NCBI GenBank assembly: GCA_038087875.1
Contig: JAXLNO010000057.1
Location: forward strand, 48,703 to 68,702
Direction of reading: 5' to 3'
Length of the DNA stretch: 20,000 bases
DNA from: Malacoraja senta
Taxonomy: Eukaryota
The notes under the pieces are model-generated. The model made no database searches and was not told the origin of the DNA. It saw nothing but the letters and a program-made list of their open reading frames with translations. The position numbers were made by a program, and so were the translations under genes. Positions 18,776-20,000 of this stretch are shown one piece after another. The first letter of the stretch is position 1; each line of letters begins with the position of its first letter.

Positions 18776-20000
18776 AGGAATTCCATAAATTCACAACTCT
18801 CTGGGTGAAAACGTTTTTTCTCAACTCAGTCTTAAATGACCTCCCCTTTAATCTAAGACTGTGGCCCCTGGTTCTGGACTCGACCAACATTGGGAACATT
18901 TTTCCTGCATCTAGCTTGTCCAGTCCTTTTATAATTTTATATGTTTCTATAAGATTCCCCCTCATCCTTCTAAACTCCAGTGAATACAAGCCTAGTCTTT
19001 TCAATCTTTCCTCATATGACAGTCCCGCCATCCCAGGGATCAATCTCGTGAACCTACCTCAATCACAAGAATGTCCTTCCTCAAATTAGGAGACGAAAAC
19101 TGTACACAATACTCTAGATGTGGTCTCACCAAAGCCCTATACAACTGCAGAAGAACCTCTTTACTCCTATACTGAAATCCTCTTGTTATGAAGGCCAACA
19201 TTCCATTAGCTTTCTTCACTGCCTGCTTCTTCAAAGCCAACTTTCAATGACCGGTGTACAAGGACGCCCAGGTCTCGCTGCACCTCACCCTTACCTAACT
19301 GACCCCATTGAGATAATAATCTGCCCCCTTGTTTTTGCCGCCAAAATGAATAACCTCAAATTTATCTATATTATACTGCATCTGCCAGGCATCTGCCCAC
19401 TCACTCAACCTGTCCAAGTCACGCTGCAACCTCTTAACATCCTATTCACAGTTCACACTGCCACCCAACTTTGTGTCATCTGCAAACTTGCTAGTGTTGC
19501 TCCTAATTCCTTCTTCCAAATCATTAATATATATGGTAAACAGTTGTGGCCCCAACACCGAGCCTTGCGGCACTCCACTCGCCACTGCCTGCCATTCTGA
19601 AAAGGACCCGTTCACTCCTACTCTTTGCTTCCGGTCTGCCAACCGATTTTCTATCCATGTCAACACCCTACCCCCAATACCATGTGCTCTAATTTTAGTC
19701 ACCAGTCTCCCGTGCGGGACCTTATCAAAGGCTTTCTGAAAGTCTAGATACACTACACCCACTGGCACCCCTTCATCCATTTTACTTGTCACATCCTCAA
19801 AAAATTCCAGAAGATTAGTCAAGCATGATTTCCCTTTCATAAATCCATGTTGACGGACTAATCCTTTTACTGCTCTCCAAATGCCCCATTATTACCTCTT
19901 TAATAATTGACTCCATCTTCTTTCCCACCATCGAAGTCAGGCTAACTGGTCTGTAATTCCCCGTTTTCTCTCTCGCTCCTTTCTTGAAAAGTGGGATAAC
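18776..20000 (-). mobile_element. CR1/HER1 LINE ORF2 RT domain, frameshifted, 3' end missing, runs off the window
   Basis: [56 protein letters not shown] and LYSLEFRRMRG motifs. Confidence 0.95.

Overview
Repeat-dense vertebrate DNA, most likely from a cartilaginous fish (skate/ray), inferred from HE1-type tRNA SINEs, HER1/CR1 LINE tails and abundant Penelope fragments. The only recognisable host gene is TADA1 on the minus strand: two internal coding exons (8843-8634 and 3806-3655) splice in frame, and the rest of the window is probably intronic. The introns hold CR1, Rex1/Babar, Tx1, Vingi-like and Penelope pieces (with hammerhead-ribozyme-like cores), a Helitron-like element with a 69-bp minisatellite, and SINEs. 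The most unusual object is a 1962-bp Mag-type Ty3/Gypsy insertion (14277-16238) with TG..CA ends and a 5-bp TSD. It has one full 206-bp LTR and a perfect tRNA-Leu PBS pointing antisense to the gag-pro-RT frame, only a 37-bp hairpin-forming LTR piece at the other end followed by a second, convergent PBS-like site, and no PPT. Also notable are two Tx1 copies inserted at the same site of a CR1 ORF1 relic and an orphan INF2-like WH2 exon fragment. Family assignments come from motif recognition, not database searches.
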